IMG/VR virus record: IMGVR_UViG_3300019874_000004
Location: 871-64,870 of that record
DNA length: 64,000 bases
Source: a virus
Taxonomy: Duplodnaviria; Caudoviricetes
Reading direction: 5' to 3' (one strand)
A program made the translations under genes and the position numbers. Positions 34,367-43,691 of this stretch are shown one piece after another. Under the pieces are notes generated by a model. It ran no database searches, had not been told where the DNA came from, and saw only the letters and a list, made by a program, of their open reading frames with translations. Numbering within the stretch: position 1 is the first letter of the stretch; every line of letters begins with the position of its first letter.

Positions 34367-37300
34367 TGGACCGCCTAGATGAGTCAGTCCCTAGTATTGA
34401 TCTCTACTGGGAATGGCTTAGGAAGGGCTGGCACTATCGAGGGATGCACAAGCTCCCAAAGAAGATCCGTAAGGAGAACACGGACCGAGTCCATCATGAA
34501 TCAGAGATGATCATCGACAAGGACTTTGTTGATTACTTCCTGATGCTCTCTGACGCAGTCCGGGCCTGTAAGGATAATGGCATACCAGTCGGCCCGGCTC
34601 GTGGATCGGCTGCGGCTTCTCTAGTGTGCTATCTACTCAGGATCACTGAAGTCAACCCGATGCACTATCCCCTGATGCTATTCAGTCGGTTTGTTGACCC
34701 GAACCGCTTCGATCTCCCGGATGTAGACCTAGACTTTGATGATGATCTCCGGGACTATGTCCGCCAGCACCTAATCACGAGATATGGAGTTGACCGTGTT
34801 GGTAATATTGGAACCTTCACAAGATATCGTGGTAAGAATGCCATCGACGACGTTGCCCGGGTATATCAGATACCAAAGTATGACATTGCCCAGGTCAAAG
34901 ACCTTCTCGTCACAAGGTCGGGTGGTGACAGCCGGTTCGATGCGAGCATCCAGGATACCCTTGAGATGTTCCCCCAGGCTAAAGAGGTCTTCGATCGCCA
35001 TCCCAGGCTATACGAGAGCCTCAAGCTGGAGGGGAACTACAAAGGGTTCGGAGTCCACGCTGCAGGGCTTGTCGTGGGAGCTACGGCGCTCGTCGACTCA
35101 GTCGCAACGTATGTTAAGCATGATGTTGGCAAGAACAAAAACACGCTAGCAGTTCTCTCGGTCGACAAGTACGACGGCGAGAGCCTGGGGATGCTGAAGC
35201 TAGATGCACTATCCCTTTCCACAATGGGGATGATCCGACTAGCTATCGGCACGATAGGCATGTCCCTAGAAGAACTGTACGCTGTACCAATGGACGATGC
35301 CCCTACTCTCGCAGCCTTCCACAAAGGAGATGTGAAGGGCATCTTCCAGTTTGACGGCCGGACAATGAAGATGGTCTGTGAGCAGCTCAAGCCAGATGTG
35401 TTCATGGATCTCGCGGCCGTGAACGCATTGTCCCGGCCTGGACCATTGCATTCTGGGTCTACCGGCGACTACATCGCCATACGGTCCGGCGAGATTGAGC
35501 GTGAGTCATTGCATCCACTTGTAGATGCAATTACCGAGATGACTGAAGGCCAGATTATCTATCAAGAGCAGATCCTACAGATCTGTAGAGAGGTGGGGAA
35601 GTTCCCTTGGGTGCACGCCGCAGCGATCCGGAAGATCATATCGCAGAAGAAAGGGGAAGCGGCATTCGAATCGATGTGGATGGACTTCAAGGCTGGAGCG
35701 TCAAGTCAGAACATATCCGAAGAATTATCCAGGCGCATCTGGAACCGAATGGTCACGGCCGGTACATATGCCTTCTGCTGTACAGGGGAGACGATCGTTA
35801 AGACAGGTGGTCGTGGATCACATGGAGGAAAGGAATATGCACTAAGAGATCTGTGGGAGGCATATAACAGCAAGACCTCTCTCGGGGACAAGCTTAGGTA
35901 TGGCCAGAATGGCAAGAGAATCACTCTTCAGCAATTTGATGATGATGGGAGAATCCGTCCAGCGCAATTTCTGTCTATTAAAAGATCTGATGTTAAGATG
36001 CCTGTGTATAGAGTTGAGCTGGAAAATGGCAACTCATTCAATGCAACGCTCATGCATAGGATTCTCACGACAGATGGATACCAGGAGATAGGAGATTTGG
36101 TAGCTGGGGGAACATCCATCATTTGCTGCGGTGAAAGGGAGGGGCAGATCAGATCAACCACATCGCAGAAATATAGGTCTCATGGCGGGCATATGCAAGG
36201 AGAGGGCAATCCTGCATATGTCGATGGTAGATCTATGCATCTCAAGGATGCTCAGAAACAGGTCGCACATAGATCTGGTGGATGCTGTGAGAGGTGTGGA
36301 ACCTCAGGTGATGGTAAGTCTCACTCTCTTGAGTTTGCACATATGCTTTCTCTAGAGTTTAAGCAGGGTGACTACTCCCTGTATCACAATGCAAATAACA
36401 TATTGCATCTGTGCAATTCCTGTCACAAGAAATTTGACTATGAGAAGGGAGAGCGAGTATCACGACACACAGTGGGCTTACCCTCAGAATCCTCTGTGGT
36501 AAATCGCGTCGTGAAGATGAAAAATCTCCAGTGGGTCTATATGCTGGAGATGAATGATGCAAACCACAACTATGTAGCAAATGGTGTTGTGCATCATAAC
36601 AATGTAGCTCATTGTGTGTCGTACTCAATGTTAGGCTTCTGGGCTATGTGGCTAAAAGTTCATCACCCTCTTGCGTTCTATGCCGCCCAGCTACAGAAAG
36701 TGAAGGAGGAACGGCAACTTGAGCTCATGCGAGATATGCAGGACGAGAGGTTTGGGAGATCCTTCCCGGTGCTCCCACCAGACCCAAATCTGTCCGGACT
36801 TACTTGGGCTATTGACCCGTCTGGCAGAGGCGTCATCGCGGGCTTCACGCAGATCCCCGGGATTGGCCTTAGAACAGCAGAGGCAATCATTGAGGAACGC
36901 ACAGGGAACGGAGACTTTGGGTCCTGGGCCGACATCGGCTGCGTGAAGGGAGTCGGGCCCACAACGATTACAAAGATCACTGCATTCTGCAATGCAGAAG
37001 ATCCCTTCGATATCCTCAAGATCAAGAACCAGACCGCGAGGATTAAGCAGTGGCTGTCTATGGGACTGCAAGGTATCCCAATGCCTGACACTGTATCTGA
37101 CACAGTGCCCTATGATAACAAGAAATCATACCATGTGATCATGGGGATTGTGAATCACCGCAACTACCAGGACATGTTTGAGGACCACAGGGCTCGCTAT
37201 GGGGAAGAGCTCAATGTGGATGATGTCAAAGATCCGCACCTCAAGGACAGCATGACCATGTTCATGGAGGACGAGACCGGCCCAATCTCGGTCAAGGTCA

Positions 37301-37485
37301 ACAGATGGACCTACCCCAAGTACAAGGCAGACCTCTGGGGTGTAATTATCGGGCACCACTACATAGTCGCCAAGGTGGTGAAGAACGCATTCTATGGTAA
37401 GAATGTCTCTGTACAAGAACTTTGGGTAATTGACCCCTGTGATGACAAGTGCACTGCATACAAGGAAACAGAGGCAACTGACTGA
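34366..37485 (+). CDS. dnaE: DNA polymerase III alpha, catalytic piece, containing an intein
   Basis: GPARGSAAASL, LPDVDLDFDD, HAAG, KLDAL, GIFQF, IIYQEQIL, YAF|NVAH, GFTQIPGIG, OB-fold tail. Confidence 0.95.
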   Translation: MDRLDESVPSIDLYWEWLRKGWHYRGMHKLPKKIRKENTDRVHHESEMIIDKDFVDYFLMLSDAVRACKDNGIPVGPARGSAAASLVCYLLRITEVNPMHYPLMLFSRFVDPNRFDLPDVDLDFDDDLRDYVRQHLITRYGVDRVGNIGTFTRYRGKNAIDDVARVYQIPKYDIAQVKDLLVTRSGGDSRFDASIQDTLEMFPQAKEVFDRHPRLYESLKLEGNYKGFGVHAAGLVVGATALVDSVATYVKHDVGKNKNTLAVLSVDKYDGESLGMLKLDALSLSTMGMIRLAIGTIGMSLEELYAVPMDDAPTLAAFHKGDVKGIFQFDGRTMKMVCEQLKPDVFMDLAAVNALSRPGPLHSGSTGDYIAIRSGEIERESLHPLVDAITEMTEGQIIYQEQILQICREVGKFPWVHAAAIRKIISQKKGEAAFESMWMDFKAGASSQNISEELSRRIWNRMVTAGTYAFCCTGETIVKTGGRGSHGGKEYALRDLWEAYNSKTSLGDKLRYGQNGKRITLQQFDDDGRIRPAQFLSIKRSDVKMPVYRVELENGNSFNATLMHRILTTDGYQEIGDLVAGGTSIICCGEREGQIRSTTSQKYRSHGGHMQGEGNPAYVDGRSMHLKDAQKQVAHRSGGCCERCGTSGDGKSHSLEFAHMLSLEFKQGDYSLYHNANNILHLCNSCHKKFDYEKGERVSRHTVGLPSESSVVNRVVKMKNLQWVYMLEMNDANHNYVANGVVHHNNVAHCVSYSMLGFWAMWLKVHHPLAFYAAQLQKVKEERQLELMRDMQDERFGRSFPVLPPDPNLSGLTWAIDPSGRGVIAGFTQIPGIGLRTAEAIIEERTGNGDFGSWADIGCVKGVGPTTITKITAFCNAEDPFDILKIKNQTARIKQWLSMGLQGIPMPDTVSDTVPYDNKKSYHVIMGIVNHRNYQDMFEDHRARYGEELNVDDVKDPHLKDSMTMFMEDETGPISVKVNRWTYPKYKADLWGVIIGHHYIVAKVVKNAFYGKNVSVQELWVIDPCDDKCTAYKETEATD
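35776..36600 (+). mobile_element. Intein (275 aa) with HNH endonuclease; atypical C-terminal junction
   Basis: Block A CCTGETIV; block B TLMHRIL; GEGNPAY and CERC..H..LCNSCH HNH; block F/G VYMLEM..HNYVANGVVHHN; next residue is Asn. Confidence 0.9.
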
Positions 37486-37862
37486 TGGCCGGTGAAGACA
37501 AGCGCACCAGGATGCAACATAGCACTGCAGTGGGGAGGATTGAGGATCTTCTGGAAGAATGGATGTGTTCAGCAGAGGACAAAATAGCCCAGGGCAACTA
37601 TGCCATGTGGGGAGTCAACAACGCAGAGCTAGATGTGCGTGATCTCCAGGTGCTTCTGGCAATTGCACGTGCTGGTTCTGGTGATCACCGTGGATTTGTG
37701 AAGATCGCTGAGGCTGCGGTGAAGGGATGGCGAGATGCAAATATCAGACAACAAGGCATTATCAACAGAATGCGAGGCCGACGGCAGGCGGCGATAGACC
37801 TCGTGGCTAAAATGGAACTCACAGCAGAACAGAAAGTCTTACTCAGAAGGGCACTGACATGA
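37485..37862 (+). CDS. Hypothetical protein
   Basis: TGATG coupling to dnaE. Confidence 0.55.
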   Translation: MAGEDKRTRMQHSTAVGRIEDLLEEWMCSAEDKIAQGNYAMWGVNNAELDVRDLQVLLAIARAGSGDHRGFVKIAEAAVKGWRDANIRQQGIINRMRGRRQAAIDLVAKMELTAEQKVLLRRALT

Positions 37863-38353
37863 GAGAAACGCACTACACAGCCTTCATCAAGGTGGAGCGT
37901 GTTGAAAAGAATCTGGCCGTCACCAAGGAATACAACCAGACCAGCAAGCGTCAGGAGGAAATCACAACTGTCAACAACCGAGCTGTGATTGCAATTGCAC
38001 AGATGAGTATCTCAGCTGCATCTCTGGAGTCGCTCGCAGACAAAATCGGCGCTCACATGGACCTCCTGGAGGACGGAGAGATGTAGTCAGGAGGCTATTT
38101 GCAGCTATAAAACAACAAAATGCCTTCGAATCGGGATATTCGCGACTCGGATCGGCGAACCGGGACTATTTAGGCGCGTCTATCTTAATCGCGACTATTC
38201 CGACTTATGTAAGCGGGACGGGCTATCACGTATGCAGAGACCTTTCGAATCTGGTGTAAAACATGCTGCAGGGACAAAAGGGATTCTATGCGGCGTATCG
38301 GGCGATACTAGGACTTCCATCTGCTTTCGGGCGCATCTAGAGAGGGCACTAAA

Positions 38354-39415
38354 ATGACATCGAACGAGATCGAGAAATGGGCCGACTCTGCAATGTTCAA
38401 GGCGGAATCGATCGACGCATCTGCAGTCGACAAGCCCCGGGCCTATCTGATCTGGATGACTCCAGACCCCCTAGGAGCTGCAGCTGCCCTCAATTCCATG
38501 TACATTGGGGCGGTAAAACGGTCCCTCAGCGACGTCACTCGTGCTGAGAGAGCAGTCCTGCTAGAAGACATGGGCCTTACTGCATTGAAGACGCCTTTGG
38601 AGGCTATCAAACTCCATATTCTCTTCGAAGGCGTGACCCGGGCCTTCACACATCAGCTGGTAAGAAACCGGACTTCTGCATATGCACAGGAGTCAATGCG
38701 GTTTGCTGTGGTTGGACAGGATGCAGATATCCCGGTTTCCCTCCCACCCTCCCTCGCAGGCACTATGAGTGAGGACGACATTGATGTCGATGTGGATGAG
38801 ATGTCCAAGGAGCAGAGACAACGTCTAGTCTGGGATGACGCAAGAATTCGCATCCAGAATGCATACCGGCGGCTCGTTGATACCGGGATGCCTGCAGAGG
38901 ACGCCCGGGGACTGCTGCCGACCAATATCAAGACCAGAATCAACATGGTTACAGACCTCAGGACCTTGATTGATATTGCCGGGGTGCGGCTCTGCACACA
39001 GGCGCAATTCGAGTGGCGCTCGGTCTTCACCGATCTCGCCGCAGCCATCCACGACTACGCCCCACATGGCGCCACTATCGAAGCAATGACGCAGCCGAGC
39101 CGAGTCTATGACCCGATCCTCACAGACGCATTGCGGCATATGGACCTCATGGATGCCTGGCAGTTCCAGGCGATTGCGAAGGTCTTCCGGCCGATCTGCT
39201 ACAACACGGGGAAGTGCGAATTCAAGGCAACGGCCGACCGCTCCTGCACAATCAGGAATAGAGTCGACGCCAACGCGGCGCTTGGGCGGCCGTCGTCGGA
39301 ATGGCACAGGGACCTGCTCACGCCTCCCGAGGATGGGCCATTCCTGGGGCGCATGGACAACATCGAAGCAATTAACCCTGTCGAGTGGATGCTCGACCCG
39401 ACCGCAGCGAGGTAG
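38354..39415 (+). CDS. thyX: Flavin-dependent thymidylate synthase
   Basis: FEGVTRAFTHQLVRNRTSAYAQESMRF (RHRx7S variant), EDARGLLP, AQFEW. Confidence 0.92.
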   Translation: MTSNEIEKWADSAMFKAESIDASAVDKPRAYLIWMTPDPLGAAAALNSMYIGAVKRSLSDVTRAERAVLLEDMGLTALKTPLEAIKLHILFEGVTRAFTHQLVRNRTSAYAQESMRFAVVGQDADIPVSLPPSLAGTMSEDDIDVDVDEMSKEQRQRLVWDDARIRIQNAYRRLVDTGMPAEDARGLLPTNIKTRINMVTDLRTLIDIAGVRLCTQAQFEWRSVFTDLAAAIHDYAPHGATIEAMTQPSRVYDPILTDALRHMDLMDAWQFQAIAKVFRPICYNTGKCEFKATADRSCTIRNRVDANAALGRPSSEWHRDLLTPPEDGPFLGRMDNIEAINPVEWMLDPTAAR

Positions 39416-39757
39416 ACATGGTAAGGCAGATCAAAGGCCCTTCTCCATCAGAAGTGATCCGCATTGTGGGCTCTCGCCCACAAGCTTGGGCGGACCAAGA
39501 GAACACATCGTACGGCTCTCCCCTGGAGCCCCCAGTGGCGCTCGATCTCTCGGCGCTCTCCCTTATACGGAAGAAACCGAGACGGATCTTCGGCCGGAAG
39601 CGCTAGGAGCCGTTCTAAGCGCCTAAACCCCTAGACCCTTCCCGAGGGACCGGGACGGGGTTTTAGGCCGGGAGAATCGAAGCTAGGGCCGTTTCCGGGG
39701 CGGTTCCGGGGCGGTCCTAGCTTCCCGATCGAGGAAAACGACCCTGACGGAGGTTCG

Positions 39758-40141
39758 ATGAGTTATTCAGAGCTGTTTTCAGGTGAGGAAATCTGGCTCG
39801 GTCCAGACTGTGCGCCGGGGTGGATCTCCCCGTATTTGAAAGTCCTGCACACAGTGGAGATGGAGGGACAAGCAGAGCGTGATCTGCTTGAGACGCCTAT
39901 AACCAATCTTGTGGTTGACAGGGATGCAATGCTGGAGGGGGTCTGGGGGATTGAGAAGGGCTGGAGCGCTCTGGCTGTGATGGCTATGAACATCGGAGAG
40001 CTTCTGTCGATTTGTGATCCTGGGTATAAGGGAATCAACCTGCTGGAAGCAGACCAGCTGGTTGTGCGGAATGATGATTGGTCTGTTAAGTCGACTCACT
40101 ACCGCGTCCTCTGGAAGGGCGCAGACGTGGATGGTATCTAG
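39758..40141 (+). CDS. Hypothetical protein with a weak dUTPase/dCTP-deaminase-like motif
   Basis: ICDPGYKG resembles IDPG(Y/F)xG; GGAGG RBS. Confidence 0.35.
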   Translation: MSYSELFSGEEIWLGPDCAPGWISPYLKVLHTVEMEGQAERDLLETPITNLVVDRDAMLEGVWGIEKGWSALAVMAMNIGELLSICDPGYKGINLLEADQLVVRNDDWSVKSTHYRVLWKGADVDGI

Positions 40142-40776
40142 TGCTCGCTCTTATGCCAAGGCCGACTGTCTACAACAAGGACGATGGGGCGTGGGATCTC
40201 AATGATCAGGAATGGGAAATGCAATTCTGGCCGAGGATTATCTTTGCGGATTGCGGTACTGCTACTGGGGTTGCTGTTGTCTGGTTCCACCCCACCCGTC
40301 TCATGGACCTACAGAAGGCAAGCACAAGGGCAATCCTGGCCACGTGGACGAGTTATGCAGGTGGGGAAGAAAATGGGCAGGCACAGGAAATCCTGCGGCT
40401 TTGTAGGGGACTTGGTGGCCCTGCAGGACTTTGTGTTGGGCTGGAAAAGTTCACGGTCCAGAAGATTGGTAAAGAAGAGACCTTCCTATCCTCACCCAGA
40501 ATTGCGTCGAAAATTGAATTTGGTCTCTGGTCCGGCATCCGAGATCACGATGACGTCGTCCGGCGTCGGGCAGCGATATGGCAGAATCCATCTGACATCA
40601 AGAAGGGTGCAGAAGGGGATAGCCGCCTGAAGGTGCTGGGATTGTACAAGCCAGGACCAGACCATATCAATGACGCCATGAAGCACGCGCTGCTTCACCT
40701 AGGCCGGGTTAGGAATGGCGGGCTCGGGACATTCGAGCGACTCTATGGATGGGATGAGGGCTGGAAGGATGCTTAG
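40141..40776 (+). CDS. RuvC-like Holliday junction resolvase
   Basis: IIFADCGTATGVAV, VGLEKF, DHINDAMKHA acidic residue pattern. Confidence 0.7.
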   Translation: MLALMPRPTVYNKDDGAWDLNDQEWEMQFWPRIIFADCGTATGVAVVWFHPTRLMDLQKASTRAILATWTSYAGGEENGQAQEILRLCRGLGGPAGLCVGLEKFTVQKIGKEETFLSSPRIASKIEFGLWSGIRDHDDVVRRRAAIWQNPSDIKKGAEGDSRLKVLGLYKPGPDHINDAMKHALLHLGRVRNGGLGTFERLYGWDEGWKDA

Positions 40777-40784
40777 GAGGTTGG

Positions 40785-40994
40785 CCCGGGTCCGGAGGTG
40801 GACTGGCGGGGTAGGACCCCTTCTATCTCTCTCTATCTCTATATCTCTGGTGATGTCTCTCTGCAGTACTCTATTTATACCAGGGAGGGGACTGCTTACT
40901 TTACTACTGCAGTAAAAAAATTGACATTACAGTAATCCAGCGCTATAGAGAGATAGAAGGGGTTAGGTCGAAGCGGTCCACCTCCGGTACCGGG
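40785..40994. repeat. Bipartite inverted repeat around an AT-rich core (origin- or packaging-site-like)
   Basis: CCGGAGGTGGAC-N13-CCCCTTCTATCTCTCT (40792-40832) mirrored by AGAGAGATAGAAGGGG-N13-GTCCACCTCCGG (40947-40987). Confidence 0.8.
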
Positions 40995-41000
40995 TATAGT
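40995..41000 (+). promoter_or_regulatory. -10 element of a probable leaderless promoter
   Basis: TATAGT 7 nt before ATG 41008; no RBS. Confidence 0.55.
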
Positions 41001-41007
41001 AGGGCGT

Positions 41008-41676
41008 ATGATAACAGATCATGACGAAAGGGCTGCAATCCTCCTTGATGAGTTGCTTAGGGGGAGAGCGCAGAGGCTTAAGGATGTAAAGGATGTATTT
41101 GAGCGAGAAGGCATCTGGGGTTGTGTGGATCATATTCGCCGGTATCCTGGTGCGTCAATAACAAGGATTAAGATCGCTGGGGATATTTGGGTATACAAGA
41201 ATAGCAAACAGAAGCTTCGGATTAAGCAAAATGCAGCAGCATTGAGAATCCTGAATGAGTATCTACAAGTATCAGAAGACTCTCCGGTGCCTCTGCCTAT
41301 TAGCTTCTTCAAAGAGGCAAAGAATTTTAGATCACAGAATATTGGGTCTATCGACAAAGTGGCTAGAGAGATGGGACTGTACATAGTTGGAGGCGAATGG
41401 CAGGGGACTAGATACCTGAGAGGCGGCACATTGCAGTATTGTGGAGAGGAGCTGATGCCAGAAGATAGGCAATGGATGCTTAAAGAATTCAAATGGATGA
41501 TAGAAGAGAGTGGGTGGAGTCTGGGAGAAATAGATCCTGAAGAGATCTGGGATAAATATGAGGTGGTGTTTTCCCTGAGAGTCAATGAAGCACAGGTTAG
41601 AAGATGGGTCACGATAGTTAATGGAAGGAAGGACATCGACGTGTTTTTGTCGATAGAATCAATACATGGCTACTGA
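41008..41676 (+). CDS. AT-rich hypothetical protein
   Basis: 222-aa ORF, visibly lower GC than its flanks. Confidence 0.7.
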   Translation: MITDHDERAAILLDELLRGRAQRLKDVKDVFEREGIWGCVDHIRRYPGASITRIKIAGDIWVYKNSKQKLRIKQNAAALRILNEYLQVSEDSPVPLPISFFKEAKNFRSQNIGSIDKVAREMGLYIVGGEWQGTRYLRGGTLQYCGEELMPEDRQWMLKEFKWMIEESGWSLGEIDPEEIWDKYEVVFSLRVNEAQVRRWVTIVNGRKDIDVFLSIESIHGY

Positions 41677-41909
41677 TGATGAGAGTGAGTACGGTGGGGT
41701 ATCTGGAGTTATCCAGCCCGCTGCCAAGGGACACGCCGCGCTATCGGCGCAAGAGAAGCGATTTGTCAACGCTGTATTCCGGAAGCGTATGGCCGGAATC
41801 GACGTAACTCTCCCTCCCGATGATCTACATCGGCCAGCGGTAGATGAGGTCCTCGCCGATCTCCCGGTCCGCACCGCAGGACGTATTCCATCCGAAGCAG
41901 AGGGCGAGA

Positions 41910-42125
41910 ATGTCTCTTGACAATGACTTCACAATAGTACGCAATCACTTCTGTCCAAGATGCCATGCCTTACCAGGGTCCCCATGTACCAATAAGAGAG
42001 GAAGGGTTTGTGACTATCATGAAGATCGCAACCAGCTGGTCCGAAATTTCATAACATCGCAAGAGGGGCAACGCCTCTTACGCTTGCTTAGGGCTAGTGG
42101 AAGGGTCGGCTATGAAGATTGTTAA
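41910..42125 (+). CDS. Zn-finger protein
   Basis: CPRCHALPGSPC..H. Confidence 0.65.
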   Translation: MSLDNDFTIVRNHFCPRCHALPGSPCTNKRGRVCDYHEDRNQLVRNFITSQEGQRLLRLLRASGRVGYEDC

Positions 42126-42298
42126 GTTCCAGGGGTCTGTGATTGGCTTCAGGATTGGAAAGAGGTGGTTTCTGTTTGATGAGTTGACAGCGCGGGCGAT
42201 CAAGAGATCTAAGGCTTGGGGCCCAAGGCTATGACTGAGGCACAATTCATGTACTGTCTAGTTGGGGCCTGTGTGCTCTGGTTTGTGGTGGCGCTGCT

Positions 42299-42727
42299 AT
42301 GATTGTGCACATCCCGTACGATGTGATGAAGAGTGCAATCAAGTACATGCAGGAAGATTTGACAACTGAACAGATCGGGTTCTTTGGTATGGTGCCAAAC
42401 ATCGAAGGCGATGCCTTCTCTGTTGATTGGTATCCTGCCGACAATGTTTCCCCGACCCCCGCAGACAGTGCGGAGATTGAGGCGACGTGGATTGCTGAAT
42501 TGATTCTCAACTCCGCAGTGCATCCCATTGCGATGATGCATTCGCACCCGTCCGGGCAGTATGTGCCGAGTGATCATCCAGGTGGAGACTATGACCAGTT
42601 TCCATCGATGTATGTGGATGTTGCGTTTATCTGGGTGGCGCAGTATCCCGACCAGGTGACGCAGTATACGGCGACCCAGGAACTACACGTGATTGATATT
42701 GATGAGGTGCTTGTGCATGTTCAATGA
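42299..42727 (+). CDS. JAB/MPN (JAMM) metalloprotease
   Basis: EQIG..MHSHPSGQYVPSDHPGGD: JAMM motif with a 3-residue insertion before the Asp. Confidence 0.8.
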   Translation: MIVHIPYDVMKSAIKYMQEDLTTEQIGFFGMVPNIEGDAFSVDWYPADNVSPTPADSAEIEATWIAELILNSAVHPIAMMHSHPSGQYVPSDHPGGDYDQFPSMYVDVAFIWVAQYPDQVTQYTATQELHVIDIDEVLVHVQ

Positions 42728-42903
42728 AGAGCGGGTTGTGGTTGCGCCGAATACCAAGCCTGGATATCTGACGCTGGCCGATTTGCGGACGATCAGGATT
42801 GGGACTACAAGGTTGAGACCAAGGGATTCTGGTATCAAGAAGATCACGCTATTCCCCAGTACTGGGGCAAAGGGCTAGTCCTAAAGGACTAGAGAGGAAA
42901 ATC

Positions 42904-43503
42904 ATGGTGCAGAAGAGGGGGCCGAAACCTGTTCCTAAGTCACGGACCTCAGGGCTCGCTAAGTTACAAGCTGTTCCCACCAGATATCAGCAATATGTTG
43001 ATGGATCTTTGACTGCAGCAGATCTCACTCTGGATGAGCTTACGCGCGGTAAGTTGATGGATAGAAACGGGAATTTCTCTGGTCAATATCCTGCAATTAT
43101 GCCCTCTGGATTACAGTCAGCGATGATCCGAGAGCTACAAAAGCGCATGAATGATCGCTTCCGAAATCATGCCTTTGATGCGATTGATAAAATCGTTGAA
43201 GTCATGGAAACCGGTGAGGGAGAACAGGTTTCGCAATTTCAGAAGCGCGGGACCGGCCAATTCAAGGCTGCGCAATATATTGTCGAGCGGATTATCGGCA
43301 AGATTCCCAACGAGATGAACATCAACCAGAACACAACTGTCTGGGAAGGGGTGCAGGAAAGCCAAGGGCTGTTCGTTGATGTTGAAGTTGACGAGATAAT
43401 CCCCTACCAAGAGGAGCCTGTAAGTGAGCAAGAACAGCCACGCCGTAGAGGCCCCAGAACGCAGCCAAAAGCGCGTAGAAATCCGCGAGGCGCAGAGGAC
43501 TAA
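42904..43503 (+). CDS. Probable terminase small subunit
   Basis: LDELTRGKLMDRNGNFSG..KAAQYIVERIIGK pattern, typical of actinophage gene-1/TerS-like proteins (from memory). Confidence 0.5.
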   Translation: MVQKRGPKPVPKSRTSGLAKLQAVPTRYQQYVDGSLTAADLTLDELTRGKLMDRNGNFSGQYPAIMPSGLQSAMIRELQKRMNDRFRNHAFDAIDKIVEVMETGEGEQVSQFQKRGTGQFKAAQYIVERIIGKIPNEMNINQNTTVWEGVQESQGLFVDVEVDEIIPYQEEPVSEQEQPRRRGPRTQPKARRNPRGAED

Positions 43504-43691
43504 AGACCGCTGGATTAACACTCTGCACATCAAGCTAAAACCTGGATTATTCACTAAATTGAAAGAGGGTGCACACGCAAAAGACGTCTCAATAAACGTC
43601 TGGACTAAGGCAATTATCATGGAATTCACTGGTATGCACCCGGGAATTACTGGCCTATCTGCAGCAGAAATTAAGGCAATAATCCGTGGCG

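Noticed and set aside
40921-40949. Consensus sigma-70 promoter TTGACA-N17-TATAGA
   Set aside because: The -10 lacks the conserved final T and lies inside the inverted repeat. The TATAGT at 40995 explains the downstream gene better. Not excluded.
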